Shown here in pieces: positions 53,147-62,874 of a stretch of 64,000 nucleotides of DNA. Source of the DNA: an uncultured Desulfobacterales bacterium. GTDB taxonomy: Bacteria > Desulfobacterota > Desulfobacteria > Desulfobacterales > UBA11574. Under the pieces are notes generated by a model that ran no database searches, was not told where the DNA came from, and saw only the letters and a list, made by a program, of their open reading frames with translations. A program made the position numbers and the translations under genes. Position 1 is the first letter of the stretch. Each line of letters begins with the position of its first letter. The DNA lies in contig CALLDL010000004.1 of assembly GCA_937998305.1 (NCBI GenBank), forward strand, positions 7,103 through 71,102. The letters run 5' to 3'.

Positions 53147-54025
53147 ATGGATCGTTTGGTTGGCGTAATCCTGATTGCTGTATCTGCGTCGTGCTTTGGT
53201 GCAATGGCCATTTTTGCTCGCCTGGCCTATGAAGCAGGTACAGATCCGATTACGGTTCTATTTCTACGCTTTACCATTGCCGCCATCTTTATGGTTACGG
53301 TCATGGCAGTGAAAGGAATTGCTTTTCCCCGGGGGCGGACTCTGATAAGCCTTACACTCATGGGGGCACTCGGATATGTGGGGTTTTCCCTTTCTTTTTT
53401 CACGGCTCTAACCATGGCCCCTGCGGGGCTGGTTGCAATCCTTCTTTACCTTTACCCTGCGTTTGTTACGATATTGGCAACGATTTTCCTTAAAAAACCG
53501 GTGACGATACTTAAATGTGTAGCCCTTTCCATGACCCTTGGGGGAACGATACTGATTATCGGACTGGACAGCGGTAATGGACAGGTCCTTGGAATTGTGC
53601 TGGGTATAACAGCAGCAGTTCTGTATTCAATCTACATCATTGTCGGCAGCAAGGTCATCCTAAATGCCGGTGCCTTTCCCGCTTCAACTGTTGTCATAAT
53701 TTCAGCAGGTGTGGTTTTCAGCGGAGTCGTTGCCGTAAAAGGCGTACAATTCCCGATAACGTTGACCGGGTGGGTTTCAGTGTTTGCCATTGCCTTGGTT
53801 TCAACAGCCCTTGCCATTGTAACATTTTTTGCCGGTTTAAAAAAAATCGATCCTGCAAATGCTTCCATGATTTCCACCTTGGAGCCTGTGGTCACCATTG
53901 CGCTGGCTGTGGTTGTTCTTGGAGAGACAGTGACGATACCCAAAATTCTGGGGGGTATAATGATTCTTACAGCAGTGGTTCTTTTGGCAAGGAGCGAGGC
54001 CCACGCGCAAGTTTCAGGAGGGTAA
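53147..54025 (+). CDS. DMT-superfamily (EamA-like) transporter
   Basis: 292 aa with about 10 TM segments in two similar halves. Confidence 0.8.
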   Translation: MDRLVGVILIAVSASCFGAMAIFARLAYEAGTDPITVLFLRFTIAAIFMVTVMAVKGIAFPRGRTLISLTLMGALGYVGFSLSFFTALTMAPAGLVAILLYLYPAFVTILATIFLKKPVTILKCVALSMTLGGTILIIGLDSGNGQVLGIVLGITAAVLYSIYIIVGSKVILNAGAFPASTVVIISAGVVFSGVVAVKGVQFPITLTGWVSVFAIALVSTALAIVTFFAGLKKIDPANASMISTLEPVVTIALAVVVLGETVTIPKILGGIMILTAVVLLARSEAHAQVSGG

Positions 54026-54080
54026 TGGAGGCTGAATCAAAAAGAGCCTGACCTGATGATGGGTATTTAAAAGTTTCCGT

Positions 54081-54120
54081 AATGAACTGCCCCGCGGCTT
54101 GCCGCGGGGCAGTTCATTTT
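54081..54120 (+). terminator. rho-independent terminator
   Basis: Perfect hairpin AATGAACTGCCCCGCGG-CTT-GCCGCGGGGCAGTTCATT followed by TTTATTT. Confidence 0.8.
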
Positions 54121-54473
54121 ATTTCAGACCGTTTTTTTGATATTCAGCTCAATGTGATGATTTTAGCCTTAAATATTCAAACTTGGATAACAGTAGTCGG
54201 TTGACAATTCCGCTATCTTCAGGTATTTGAATTACAACTGGTGGTATCTGGATGAAAATCGCCGTATTTTTGAGATAGATTCTAATAAGAAAATACAGGA
54301 AAAGTTGTTCACAATAAATGAGAAAGGAAATGTTTATGATCTATCGGTGTGATGCGGCCAAGGTAAAGGAAATCATAAAAATTCGAAGTTTTCGAAGTAA
54401 AATTGCACAAGTAAAAAGTCTCTTTGGTTGTAGCACAAACAAAAAATTCAATATATTAACCATCTGGAATTAT

Positions 54474-54812
54474 ATGTTGATTTTTATTTTGCTGTTTTTT
54501 TGCTTCGTAACATCAGGCTATGCCATAGATGTTACCCTCAAATGGACTCCGAATAATGAGTCAAACTTAGCGGGCTACACAGTTTTTTATCGTCAAGAAG
54601 GTCAGTCATATAATTACATCAACCCATACTGGGAAACCACAGACCCCACGTGTACTATTTATGATCTGGATGAAACTAAAACGTATTATTTTATAGTAAA
54701 AGCATTCAGTACTGAAGGTTTTCAAAGTGGTAATTCCAACGAAGTTTGTCTTGAAGCAGGAACAACGACAGGCAATTAGCCGCCAATAGCAGACGCAGGC
54801 CCAGACCCGGCC
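54474..54812 (+). pseudogene. truncated secreted fibronectin-type-III protein gene
   Basis: Signal MLIFILLFFCFVTSGYA plus one FN3-like domain. The frame ends at TAG within ..GN*PPIADAGPD.., where such proteins usually read NQPPIADAGPDQ. Homology stops shortly after. Confidence 0.5.
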
Positions 54813-55482
54813 TGTGCGGTTTCGCATATGCACCACAAACATTCACAAATTTTTATTTTCGGTTGTTTTCCTAGAGTCGATGCCCTTTCAAATATGTATT
54901 GGCATAGGCCATTGTCAAAGAGCAAAATTTAAATCTAAAATGTTTCAGACAGACCAAGATAGCATTGATCGACATTCGAAAAAAAAGAAAATTCGAAATC
55001 AAATCAAAATGGACTCAATTGTTTTGCTGTTTTCAACCATAGCCGTAACCGGTCTGGCTGTTTTCATTATCTTTTGGTTGTTTGTCGTTCATATAATTTA
55101 AAGGCATTACCCTCAAGGTGAGACCTTTGTAAAACAGCCCTTTTTGCCCGATTTCTGTGTTAGGCTCAAATTTTAACCTTCAAAATGCTCAATGTACTCT
55201 TGTGGTTAAGATTTTCGCCTTCCCCTACAGGCCTAAGGCTTGAACTCGAACAAAAATTTCTATTTTTAAAAGGTATCCGCAATTCAATAGGATTAAAACA
55301 TGTGAGGAAGAAGATAACAGCAATATGCTCTGCGAAAGAGTTAGAAATTGATGTTTTTTCGAAATCCGCTATAGATCGAAAGGGCATTGAACATTTAAAA
55401 CGGCTGAGACAAGAGTAGTATTTCGGGCTTTAGATTACGAATTATACACTCGTAGCCTTCAAAAAGTGAAAGGAGAAAAAAC

Positions 55483-55752
55483 ATGAACAAAGCAGATTTA
55501 GTAAACGAGGTTGCCAAAGTCGTCAAAACCAAAAAGGATGCCCAGGCGGCCGTGGACGTTGTTCTTTCAAGCATTGCCGAGGCACTAGGGAAAGGAGACG
55601 CCGTATCATTGGTTGGGTTCGGCACATTTAAGGTGGCAGAGAGGAAGGCGCGTAAAGGCAGAAATCCTCAGACAGGGGAAGAGATATATATTGCGGCAAG
55701 GACGGTGCCAAAGTTTGTTGCAGGAAAGGCTTTAAAGGAAGCTGTGAAATAA
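55483..55752 (+). CDS. hup: HU-family DNA-binding protein
   Basis: MNKADLV...[24 protein letters not shown]. Classic HU. Confidence 0.92.
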   Translation: MNKADLVNEVAKVVKTKKDAQAAVDVVLSSIAEALGKGDAVSLVGFGTFKVAERKARKGRNPQTGEEIYIAARTVPKFVAGKALKEAVK

Positions 55753-55776
55753 TTATTTGTTTGTAGATAACCGATA

Positions 55777-55808
55777 AAGGCAGAGTCAATATGACCCTGC
55801 CTTTTCTA
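55777..55808 (+). terminator. rho-independent terminator
   Basis: AAGGCAGAGTC-AATAT-GACCCTGCCTT followed by TTTCTATTT. Confidence 0.7.
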
Positions 55809-56128
55809 TTTGTACGCCCGGCAGGGCGCACTCACTTACCCTAAGTATCATGGCCCTTAAATTTTTTGTAATATTATTTTATAGTTTGGGCAAATCCGTT
55901 TACTCATCCCTACAAATCCACAAGATGATGGATTTCTCGAATGGAGATGCCATGGATCATATAAACCTCACACGGATACGACTGTGACCAGAAACGAGCT
56001 AATCCGTTATGCGGGACGAAGATGATTTGCCTCCTGTCAGTTTCAACATATTGCCAACCTAAAGATGAGAGTTTGTTCCATATTTAACCATACTGAATGA
56101 TCATCAAAAACCATGAACAACAGAGTGA

Positions 56129-56168
56129 TGCACAGAAAAATGTGCATCAATGCACAGTTTTTTGTGCA
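56129..56168. promoter_or_regulatory. two tandem TGCACA-N6-TGTGCA palindromes (candidate activator-binding sites)
   Basis: TGCACAGAAAAATGTGCA (56129-56146) and TGCACAGTTTTTTGTGCA (56151-56168), offset by 22 bp. Confidence 0.5.
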
Positions 56169-56274
56169 TTTTTTAATTCCATATGCTTTTTAATTCCCCG
56201 AACGTTATAACCAACTTCTCATAAACAGCCAGAAAATAAGGATTTTTGCCACTCTATACCCACAAAACAGAATT

Positions 56275-56290
56275 TGGCACATATGTTGAA
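56275..56290 (+). promoter_or_regulatory. weak sigma-54-like -24/-12 element
   Basis: TGGCACATATGTTGAA. The -24 is perfect, but the -12 reads TTGA instead of TTGC. About 45 nt upstream of the ATG at 56333. Confidence 0.3.
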
Positions 56291-56332
56291 TAGAATTCCA
56301 TTTAATACATCCTTCCTAAAGGAGTAAATGTT

Positions 56333-56740
56333 ATGAAATTCAACGTTATGTTCGTTGACGATTCAATGAGTGTTCTTGAATCTCTGCAATGGTTGTTCAA
56401 GGATGAACCTTATTATCTATTTACTTTCGACAACCCCCTTGACGCCCTGAAAGTTATAAGAACATTGGAGTGGGCTGTTGTCGTTGCGGATCGATCAATA
56501 CAGAAAATGGATGGTCTTGAATTTTTGAAAAGGGTTCAGGTAGATTCGCCTCATACAATGGGGATAATCATGAGCGACGATAATGAAATTACCGGAAAAC
56601 TTGATACGTTATATTCCGCATGCGGTTATCGATGGGTCAAGAAGCCCCTGAAGAAAAATGAAATTAAACAAGCGGTGAAGATGGCAATTGCGTATTATGA
56701 AACCAATGTCGACAGCAAAGAGCATGCAACTTCGACCTAA
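56333..56740 (+). CDS. stand-alone response-regulator receiver domain protein
   Basis: 135 aa. VMFVDD acidic pocket, VVVADRSIQKMDG phospho-acceptor region, and a conserved Lys in WVKKP. Confidence 0.8.
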   Translation: MKFNVMFVDDSMSVLESLQWLFKDEPYYLFTFDNPLDALKVIRTLEWAVVVADRSIQKMDGLEFLKRVQVDSPHTMGIIMSDDNEITGKLDTLYSACGYRWVKKPLKKNEIKQAVKMAIAYYETNVDSKEHATST

Positions 56741-56852
56741 ATTGAGCGATTTTCGAGTAACTCAAGTTTCACCCCTCAATATTGCTAAAAAACCTTATAG
56801 CTAGCAGGCTGAAATAATTTTTTTACGGTAAAACATTTCATTCTTAACCTCC

Positions 56853-57038
56853 CTAATTAGTTTCCATCCAGAAAAGGCCCTTTTTCGCAATTTCTGCGCC
56901 TGTCCCGTGAAATGCAGAGCCTATTTTTCTGGGATCAATCTGCGGAATTACTTGACCTTGCGCAATCCCGCCATGGCGGGACTGCATTGGAAGCTTGATT
57001 TGTGCCTGATATAGATTTATGGATAAGACACTAATTAG
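56853..57038 (+). repeat. family B structured element, copy B3
   Basis: CTAATTAGTTTCCATCCAGAAAAGGCC ... ATTTATGGATAAGACACTAATTAG, with CTAATTAG at both ends. Confidence 0.75.
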
Positions 57039-57183
57039 CATGGTTTCAAAAAGATAAATTTTGATGATTATGAAATGAATTTCATAAAAAATGGGAAATA
57101 TTATTCATAATATTTGGCAGTGTTAATATTGTCGGACAAGACAATTATCTGTTATTATGGAAAATATGTCTATCTTGAGAATT

Positions 57184-57199
57184 TGGCACGATTTCTGCT
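57184..57199 (+). promoter_or_regulatory. sigma-54 (-24/-12) promoter
   Basis: TGGCACGATTTCTGCT has GG and GC at the exact consensus spacing. About 270 nt upstream of the CPBP gene. Confidence 0.55.
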
Positions 57200-57467
57200 T
57201 GATGCTTAATTATATTTAATTATAAAGTTAAAAGTATTAACGCAAGTGAGTGCCACTCAACTTCAACACCTAAAAAAAAACCACGTGACGGCCAAGCGCC
57301 TTCAAGGTTATATTTAAAAAGGGAGTTTGAGGTGGCACTTAATAAATGGCTTCTCTGGTGTGCGTGCATCTTATTCTTCGGTCGACCGTATATATTTATA
57401 CATAATTTTAGAATGCACCGAAGTTAATAACGGCATTTAGGGAAGCCTTTATATTTAGAATAACTCT

Positions 57468-58127
57468 ATGCTGATAAACGAAGCCAATTCATACCAAAAA
57501 AGACCTTATATTCCCTATGTATTTCCCTTTGCCCTCTTTGCGGTCTGCATCTATGCGGGTCTTTTCTTCAATATTTCCCAAAGCCTTATGTATCCAATAA
57601 AAACCGTTTTGGTTGCTTTAAGCTTGATTTACTTTTGGAATGTCTACAAACAGGAAATACGATTCTCATTTAGCTGGCTGCCTGTCATCTCCGGAATTTT
57701 GGTCTTCTTTATATGGGTGCTTCCTGAAGGGATGTATCCTCAGATCGGACATTCAGAGTTTAATCCTTATAAACACGCAAGCGGTTATGGTGTATATTTT
57801 ATTATTATTTTCAGGTTGATCGGTGCCACTTTGGTTGTTCCCTTAATGGAAGAGTTATTCTGGAGATCGTTTGCCCTGAGATTTGCCATAAAATCTGACT
57901 TTAAATCCGTGCCGCTCGGGCAGTTTTCATGGATTTCTTTCATCTTCATTTCTATTCTTTTTGGATTAGAACATCAACGTTGGCTTGTAGGGATTTTTGC
58001 AGGAATGGTATACTCAGGTGTTCTCTATCGAAGCAAAAACCTATTTGACCCCATCTTGTCCCATGCAATAACAAATTTCTTGCTGGGCGTGTATGTTCTC
58101 TCAACCCATCAATGGTCTTTCTGGTAA
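57468..58127 (+). CDS. CPBP-family (CAAX-protease-like) intramembrane metalloprotease
   Basis: Motifs PLMEELFWRSF (EExxxR), FGLEHQ and SHAITNF in a polytopic protein. Confidence 0.8.
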   Translation: MLINEANSYQKRPYIPYVFPFALFAVCIYAGLFFNISQSLMYPIKTVLVALSLIYFWNVYKQEIRFSFSWLPVISGILVFFIWVLPEGMYPQIGHSEFNPYKHASGYGVYFIIIFRLIGATLVVPLMEELFWRSFALRFAIKSDFKSVPLGQFSWISFIFISILFGLEHQRWLVGIFAGMVYSGVLYRSKNLFDPILSHAITNFLLGVYVLSTHQWSFW

Positions 58128-58238
58128 TTGAAAAACGAAATGTCAAAATAACATTAAAGGCTTTTCAACCAATCACAGAGTGTCTCGGTTGCAACTACAT
58201 GTCCGGCGCAATATGAATAAAGGAAATGATCATAAAAC

Positions 58239-59444
58239 TCATATGTGAAATGTATCCACTGCTTCTTTCATAAGCTTCCCGATCGCCATCTTTTGAGGAC
58301 ATCCTTGCTCTGCCAATGAATAGTCCAAATTTACCATTTGCAGTCGGATATTTTCAGGAATTGTTTTAAATTGGACGGCGGCGTAATCGTACTCACCGTA
58401 GCTTCGATAATACATGAGATACCGCATCACATCACCGATGGGGACATCCATTTCAACAATGGATTCACAAATTTTTGTACAACCGGCGCAATAATCTGAG
58501 TGTGTTTCGCAAGCATAGCGGTGCAAAAATTCAGTGTCCCGTACGGAGAGGTCGGTCCTGTTCAATGCACTGGCAACATTGGCCTTAAGGATTGTCATGT
58601 TCGGCATCTGCGAACAAATGCTGGCGATATCCGGATTTTGCCAAACTGCCATTAATTTGGCCTGGGCGTCGGTAAATCCTTTTAGTAAAAAACGGCCGGC
58701 CATTTTGAGTTCGGTATCTGTATTTGTCTTAACCGATCCTCCACCCTGGGTTTTCATGGCGGTCAATCCGATGCCCGCTTTCACACAGGCATCTACCGCT
58801 CGCTTCATACGGTCGGTATGCATCAAGCGAAAGTTGTAGGTCATCATAATACCGTCGATCCAGCCAAGCTTTGCCGCTTCCATCATACACGTTTCCATAT
58901 TGCGGTGGGTACTGAAGCCGAAAAAACGGATTTTTCCCGCTGCCTTGGCCTTTTCCGCCCAGGTTTTGGTGCGTTCATCCAATTCATCAATACCGTAGAT
59001 TCCGTGAACAAAATAAAGATCAATATAGTCGGTGTTCATTTTTTCAAGGGATCGATCAAGGAGCCGGGTCATGCCTTTGGGATCCCGGGCGTCGGATTTG
59101 GTCACCAGAAAAATTGTATTGCGATCTTCAGGATATTTTTTAAAATATTTTCCAATGCCAGTTTCGCTGCCGCGTTGATAGCAGTCCGCTGTATCCCAGT
59201 AGGTTACACCCCAACGCATGGCCTGTTTCATCATTATCTGGTTGGAGGCGATGTCAAACATTCCGCCCAATGAAAGTATTGAAACTTTTGCCCCGGTTTT
59301 TCCGAAGGGTCGGACAGGGATGGTTTTTTGTGCTTCGGTTGTGGTTGCAATTTGGCTGACCGGTGCCATGACCGCTCCCAATCCGGCACTGCCGGTAGCC
59401 TTTAAAAAATCTCTGCGGGACCATTTGCCGTCATTTTGCTGCAT
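58239..59444 (-). CDS. Tat-exported aldo/keto reductase with a C-terminal Cys-rich extension
   Basis: Twin-arginine signal SRRDFLKATGSAGLGA, AKR motif GVTYWDTADCY, and C-terminal CETHSDYCAGCTKIC. Confidence 0.8.
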   Translation of the reverse strand: MQQNDGKWSRRDFLKATGSAGLGAVMAPVSQIATTTEAQKTIPVRPFGKTGAKVSILSLGGMFDIASNQIMMKQAMRWGVTYWDTADCYQRGSETGIGKYFKKYPEDRNTIFLVTKSDARDPKGMTRLLDRSLEKMNTDYIDLYFVHGIYGIDELDERTKTWAEKAKAAGKIRFFGFSTHRNMETCMMEAAKLGWIDGIMMTYNFRLMHTDRMKRAVDACVKAGIGLTAMKTQGGGSVKTNTDTELKMAGRFLLKGFTDAQAKLMAVWQNPDIASICSQMPNMTILKANVASALNRTDLSVRDTEFLHRYACETHSDYCAGCTKICESIVEMDVPIGDVMRYLMYYRSYGEYDYAAVQFKTIPENIRLQMVNLDYSLAEQGCPQKMAIGKLMKEAVDTFHI

Positions 59445-59489
59445 TTTGTAACCTCCGTTAATTCTTAATTCTTTTTCAGTATTTCACTT

Positions 59490-59873
59490 AAGTCCTTGAA
59501 CCCTCGACGCCTTGAATCCTTTTTGTAAAAAGCGACCGGCCAGTTTTAGCTCGGTATCGCTGTCGGTATTCACCTGGTGCCGCCCATGTAAGTATTTGCC
59601 GTATCCCAATAGGTCACCCCCCGTTTGAAGGTTTGTCTTAGCACCAGCAAACTCATAAAAGTGTCGAGACTTCCCTCAAAAGCCAATATGAGGACATCTG
59701 TTCAGGTTTTTCCAAACGGCCGAGTCGGTATTGTTTTTGGTCCTTGGGAAGCTTCGGTTAAAGGGTTGAAAGCTGCAAAGATTGCCCCTACACTCGTTGC
59801 ACCGGCTGCTTTCAAGAAGTCTCTTCGGGAGCGGTTGTGTTTTTTATCGACATACAGAATTCTCCATTTTTGA
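59490..59873 (-). pseudogene. decayed tandem paralogue of the Tat-AKR gene
   Basis: Reverse-strand reading gives RSRRDFLKAAGATSVGA..KTIPTRPFGKT*..RGVTYWDTANTY, then jumps to VNTDSDTELKLAGRFLQKGF. It has an in-frame TGA, a large internal deletion, no start codon and a lost 3' half. Confidence 0.7.
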
Positions 59874-59924
59874 GACAGTCTCTGATATTTGAATGGTTGA
59901 AGTAAAAATTTCTCCCAAACATCG

Positions 59925-61874
59925 TTACCGTTTAAGAAGCAATGCGTGTTCAGGAGTTCTTGATTCATTGTCTGCCGTTACCCGAATCGCGCGCTTTCCC
60001 GGGACCGGACACTCGTGTTCGCAAACGCCGCAGCCGATGCAGTGTTCGGGATCGACATAGGGCTGCTGAAGCCGTATCTGAATTTCAATGCGACTTCCCG
60101 GCAACGGGGGTAATTCAAAGGGCAACCCGTCGGCAACCCGTAATCCCCTTTCCCAGTTGCTTACGATTCGCCGCCGTCGATGACCTGTTGACGGTAGAAC
60201 CACGGTAAAATAATCACCTGTGGCAAGTTGATTCATGCCGGGACCGGTGCCCTGAAACTCGATATATAAGGCATCGGCCTTTGCTACAATCAGCTTGGAA
60301 CCCGTATCAATAGTGTTGAAAACTTTACGGGTTCGGATGGCCTTGGGACTCACCGGGCAATTTTCCTGGCAAACGATACAGGGTCTGTCCATTGCCCAGG
60401 GCAGGCATCGGCCCCGGTCGACGAAGGCGGTTCCAATTTTAATCGGTCCCTGATCGGCATAGCGGTTTCTTCCCAGTCGTTCATCTATGCTGATGGGCCG
60501 TATCGCCGCTGTTGGGCAAAGATTTCCGCAGGCAATGCAATTAAACTGGCAACCGCTGGTTCCAATACGAAAATTGAGAACCGGGGTCCACAATCCTTCA
60601 AGACCGCCCTGCAGACCGGCCGGATGGATTACATTGGTCGGGCAAATACGCATGCACTGACCGCATTTGATGCAGCGGGAGAGGAACGCTTTTTCCGGCA
60701 GGGCGCCGGGAGGACGCACCAAAGCCGGCTCCCAGTTTCCACCAAGATGGCCGCTTACCCGAAGCATGGGAATGGCTGCGGCTCCGGATACTGCCGAAGC
60801 TAAAAATTGCCTGCGAGACAGATCCGGTGCGAGAATTTCACCCGAAGCGGACGGAGCGATCTGATACGTCATTAAATTATGACGGCACTCGCTCAGGCAG
60901 TTCATGCACAGGATGCATTCGTTTATTCGAATTTGCGACGTCGGCGAGCACGCACCTTCACAATTCTTTTCACAGAGATGGCAATCAATACATTCATTTT
61001 TTGTTTTGCCCATTCGCCAGATGGCAAAACGACTCAATATACCGAACATTGCGCCCGTCGGACATATGAAACGGCAATAAAAACGCGGCACCGCCAGATT
61101 TAATAATACCGCTGAGAGGAATATGGCTGCAATCAGCCAGGTACCGTCGTAGGCTCGTGGGTTGGTCGAAATGGATACAGCAGTGCGGTCAAGAAGCGGC
61201 AGGATAACAAGGTTTATCGAGCGGTACACCAACGGAATCGGATCCAGCAGTCCGATTTGAAGAGATGCCACCGAAGTTTGATAGCCATTAAATAAAGTGC
61301 TTAACAACAGCCAGACCGAAATGAAGATCAAAAACACAAAGCCAATTTTTTTTGGATTCGCCCGTGTTTGACGCACGGCATTGAGGATCATCCAGGTCAA
61401 TATGACCAAAACCAAGATCCCGAAAAGCAATCGATTGGTTTCGGGTAAACGAATGGAGTCGATTGCCAGTTCGAGCACCGAAACCGTCAAAAGAAAAATC
61501 AGAATCCAATATTTGATCGATTGTCCGGGATGGTATCGATTGAGTTTTATTTTTTCGGCCATTGATTTTTTGCGTTTGGCCAGAAAGCCGACAAACTGGT
61601 GAATGGAACCGAACGGGCATATCCAGCCGCAAAAAAACCTTCCCAGGATTATTGTAAATACGATCGTTGCCAGCCCCCATAAGAGGCCATCATATACCGT
61701 TCGGGTGCTCAGTAGTGTCGCCAATCCCACCAGCGGATCCAGCTGAATCATCCAGTTTACCGGCCAGCCGCGTAACTGCCACCATTGATCCCCAAGGGTG
61801 GTGACCGCACAAAACCATAAAAACAGGACAAAAAAGAAGCCTTGACAGATTCGTCGGGTGGTTACGATATTCAT
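59925..61874 (-). CDS. membrane-bound polyferredoxin (NapH/MauN-like N-terminus + multiple 4Fe-4S motifs)
   Basis: CGWICPFGS in the TM region and six ferredoxin-type Cys motifs (e.g. CIKCGQCMRICP, CIGCGVCEHECP). Confidence 0.8.
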   Translation of the reverse strand: MNIVTTRRICQGFFFVLFLWFCAVTTLGDQWWQLRGWPVNWMIQLDPLVGLATLLSTRTVYDGLLWGLATIVFTIILGRFFCGWICPFGSIHQFVGFLAKRKKSMAEKIKLNRYHPGQSIKYWILIFLLTVSVLELAIDSIRLPETNRLLFGILVLVILTWMILNAVRQTRANPKKIGFVFLIFISVWLLLSTLFNGYQTSVASLQIGLLDPIPLVYRSINLVILPLLDRTAVSISTNPRAYDGTWLIAAIFLSAVLLNLAVPRFYCRFICPTGAMFGILSRFAIWRMGKTKNECIDCHLCEKNCEGACSPTSQIRINECILCMNCLSECRHNLMTYQIAPSASGEILAPDLSRRQFLASAVSGAAAIPMLRVSGHLGGNWEPALVRPPGALPEKAFLSRCIKCGQCMRICPTNVIHPAGLQGGLEGLWTPVLNFRIGTSGCQFNCIACGNLCPTAAIRPISIDERLGRNRYADQGPIKIGTAFVDRGRCLPWAMDRPCIVCQENCPVSPKAIRTRKVFNTIDTGSKLIVAKADALYIEFQGTGPGMNQLATGDYFTVVLPSTGHRRRRIVSNWERGLRVADGLPFELPPLPGSRIEIQIRLQQPYVDPEHCIGCGVCEHECPVPGKRAIRVTADNESRTPEHALLLKR

Positions 61875-61881
61875 GATTTTT

Positions 61882-62874
61882 TTAAATTGATGCCATTACA
61901 GGATTCAATTTGTGATAGTCCGCGGTTCCAATTCCGGCGGCTTCCGCTTTTCCGATGAACGGAAGTTCGTCTAAAGATTTTCCGAGTAAAGATGCGCCAA
62001 ATGCATCGACAGCGACCTGATCCGTACTGACGATCATGGTATTGGTATTTTTAAGGTCCGAAAGAGAGCCTCCGGTGGGACCGTTGGTCATCATGCTCGT
62101 GGTCGCGTCCAGTATCACGAGAGAGGGCTTTACCATCATGGCCAGTTCCATGATAATGTTGTGTATATCCTGGTGAAAGATATTGCGGCGACCCCCCAGA
62201 AGTCCGTACCAGTTTTTCATGATCATGGATGCGCCGCTTCGATGGTGATCTTTAAGTGGCGCCATACCGATCACTTTGGTGATATCCGTAAAGGGTTTGT
62301 AAAGAACCGGCCAATTTCGGATCAATTTTGCGTCTTTGACCGTCATGGGGCTGAACAAATCATTGCGCGGCAATAACACCCGGGCACCGGCACTGCGGGC
62401 GGCATCGGCAATGCCTGTCAAGGAAAAGCAGCTGGCAGGATCATTAATGGGGTTATCCGTTACCAAGACGGATGCGGCGCCGGCCCGAAGACAAAGCTGT
62501 GTCATTTCGGTGATGATCGCAGGATGCGTCGTTGCCGACAGCATGGCCGGAGACGCAAAGGCGGCATTGACTTTAAGCAGCACCCGATCTCCTTTTTTTA
62601 TAAATGCTTCAATACCACCTAAGGATTTTAGTGCCATCCGTAAGGTGGCAACCCTGTCCTCTCCTCGGACAATGCTCATTTTTTGCCCCAGAGCGTGAAT
62701 GGAAAAATCCGGCAGGATAAGGTTTGACTGATCATTTTTTGATAAAGTGGGACCTTTGGAATCATGGAACCAGAAACCCGCGGCACAGGCGGCAGTTATG
62801 GAAATCCCTGCTTTGGCCAATCGATCCAGAAATTGACGCCGGTTCAATCCGCTACTGTTCGGATCGGGATTCAT
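61882..62874 (-). CDS. Tat-signal DUF362-domain protein
   Basis: NRRQFLDRLAKAGISITAACAAG twin-arginine leader. The body (VLLKVNAAF..ATTHP) resembles DUF362 from memory. Confidence 0.6.
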   Translation of the reverse strand: MNPDPNSSGLNRRQFLDRLAKAGISITAACAAGFWFHDSKGPTLSKNDQSNLILPDFSIHALGQKMSIVRGEDRVATLRMALKSLGGIEAFIKKGDRVLLKVNAAFASPAMLSATTHPAIITEMTQLCLRAGAASVLVTDNPINDPASCFSLTGIADAARSAGARVLLPRNDLFSPMTVKDAKLIRNWPVLYKPFTDITKVIGMAPLKDHHRSGASMIMKNWYGLLGGRRNIFHQDIHNIIMELAMMVKPSLVILDATTSMMTNGPTGGSLSDLKNTNTMIVSTDQVAVDAFGASLLGKSLDELPFIGKAEAAGIGTADYHKLNPVMASI

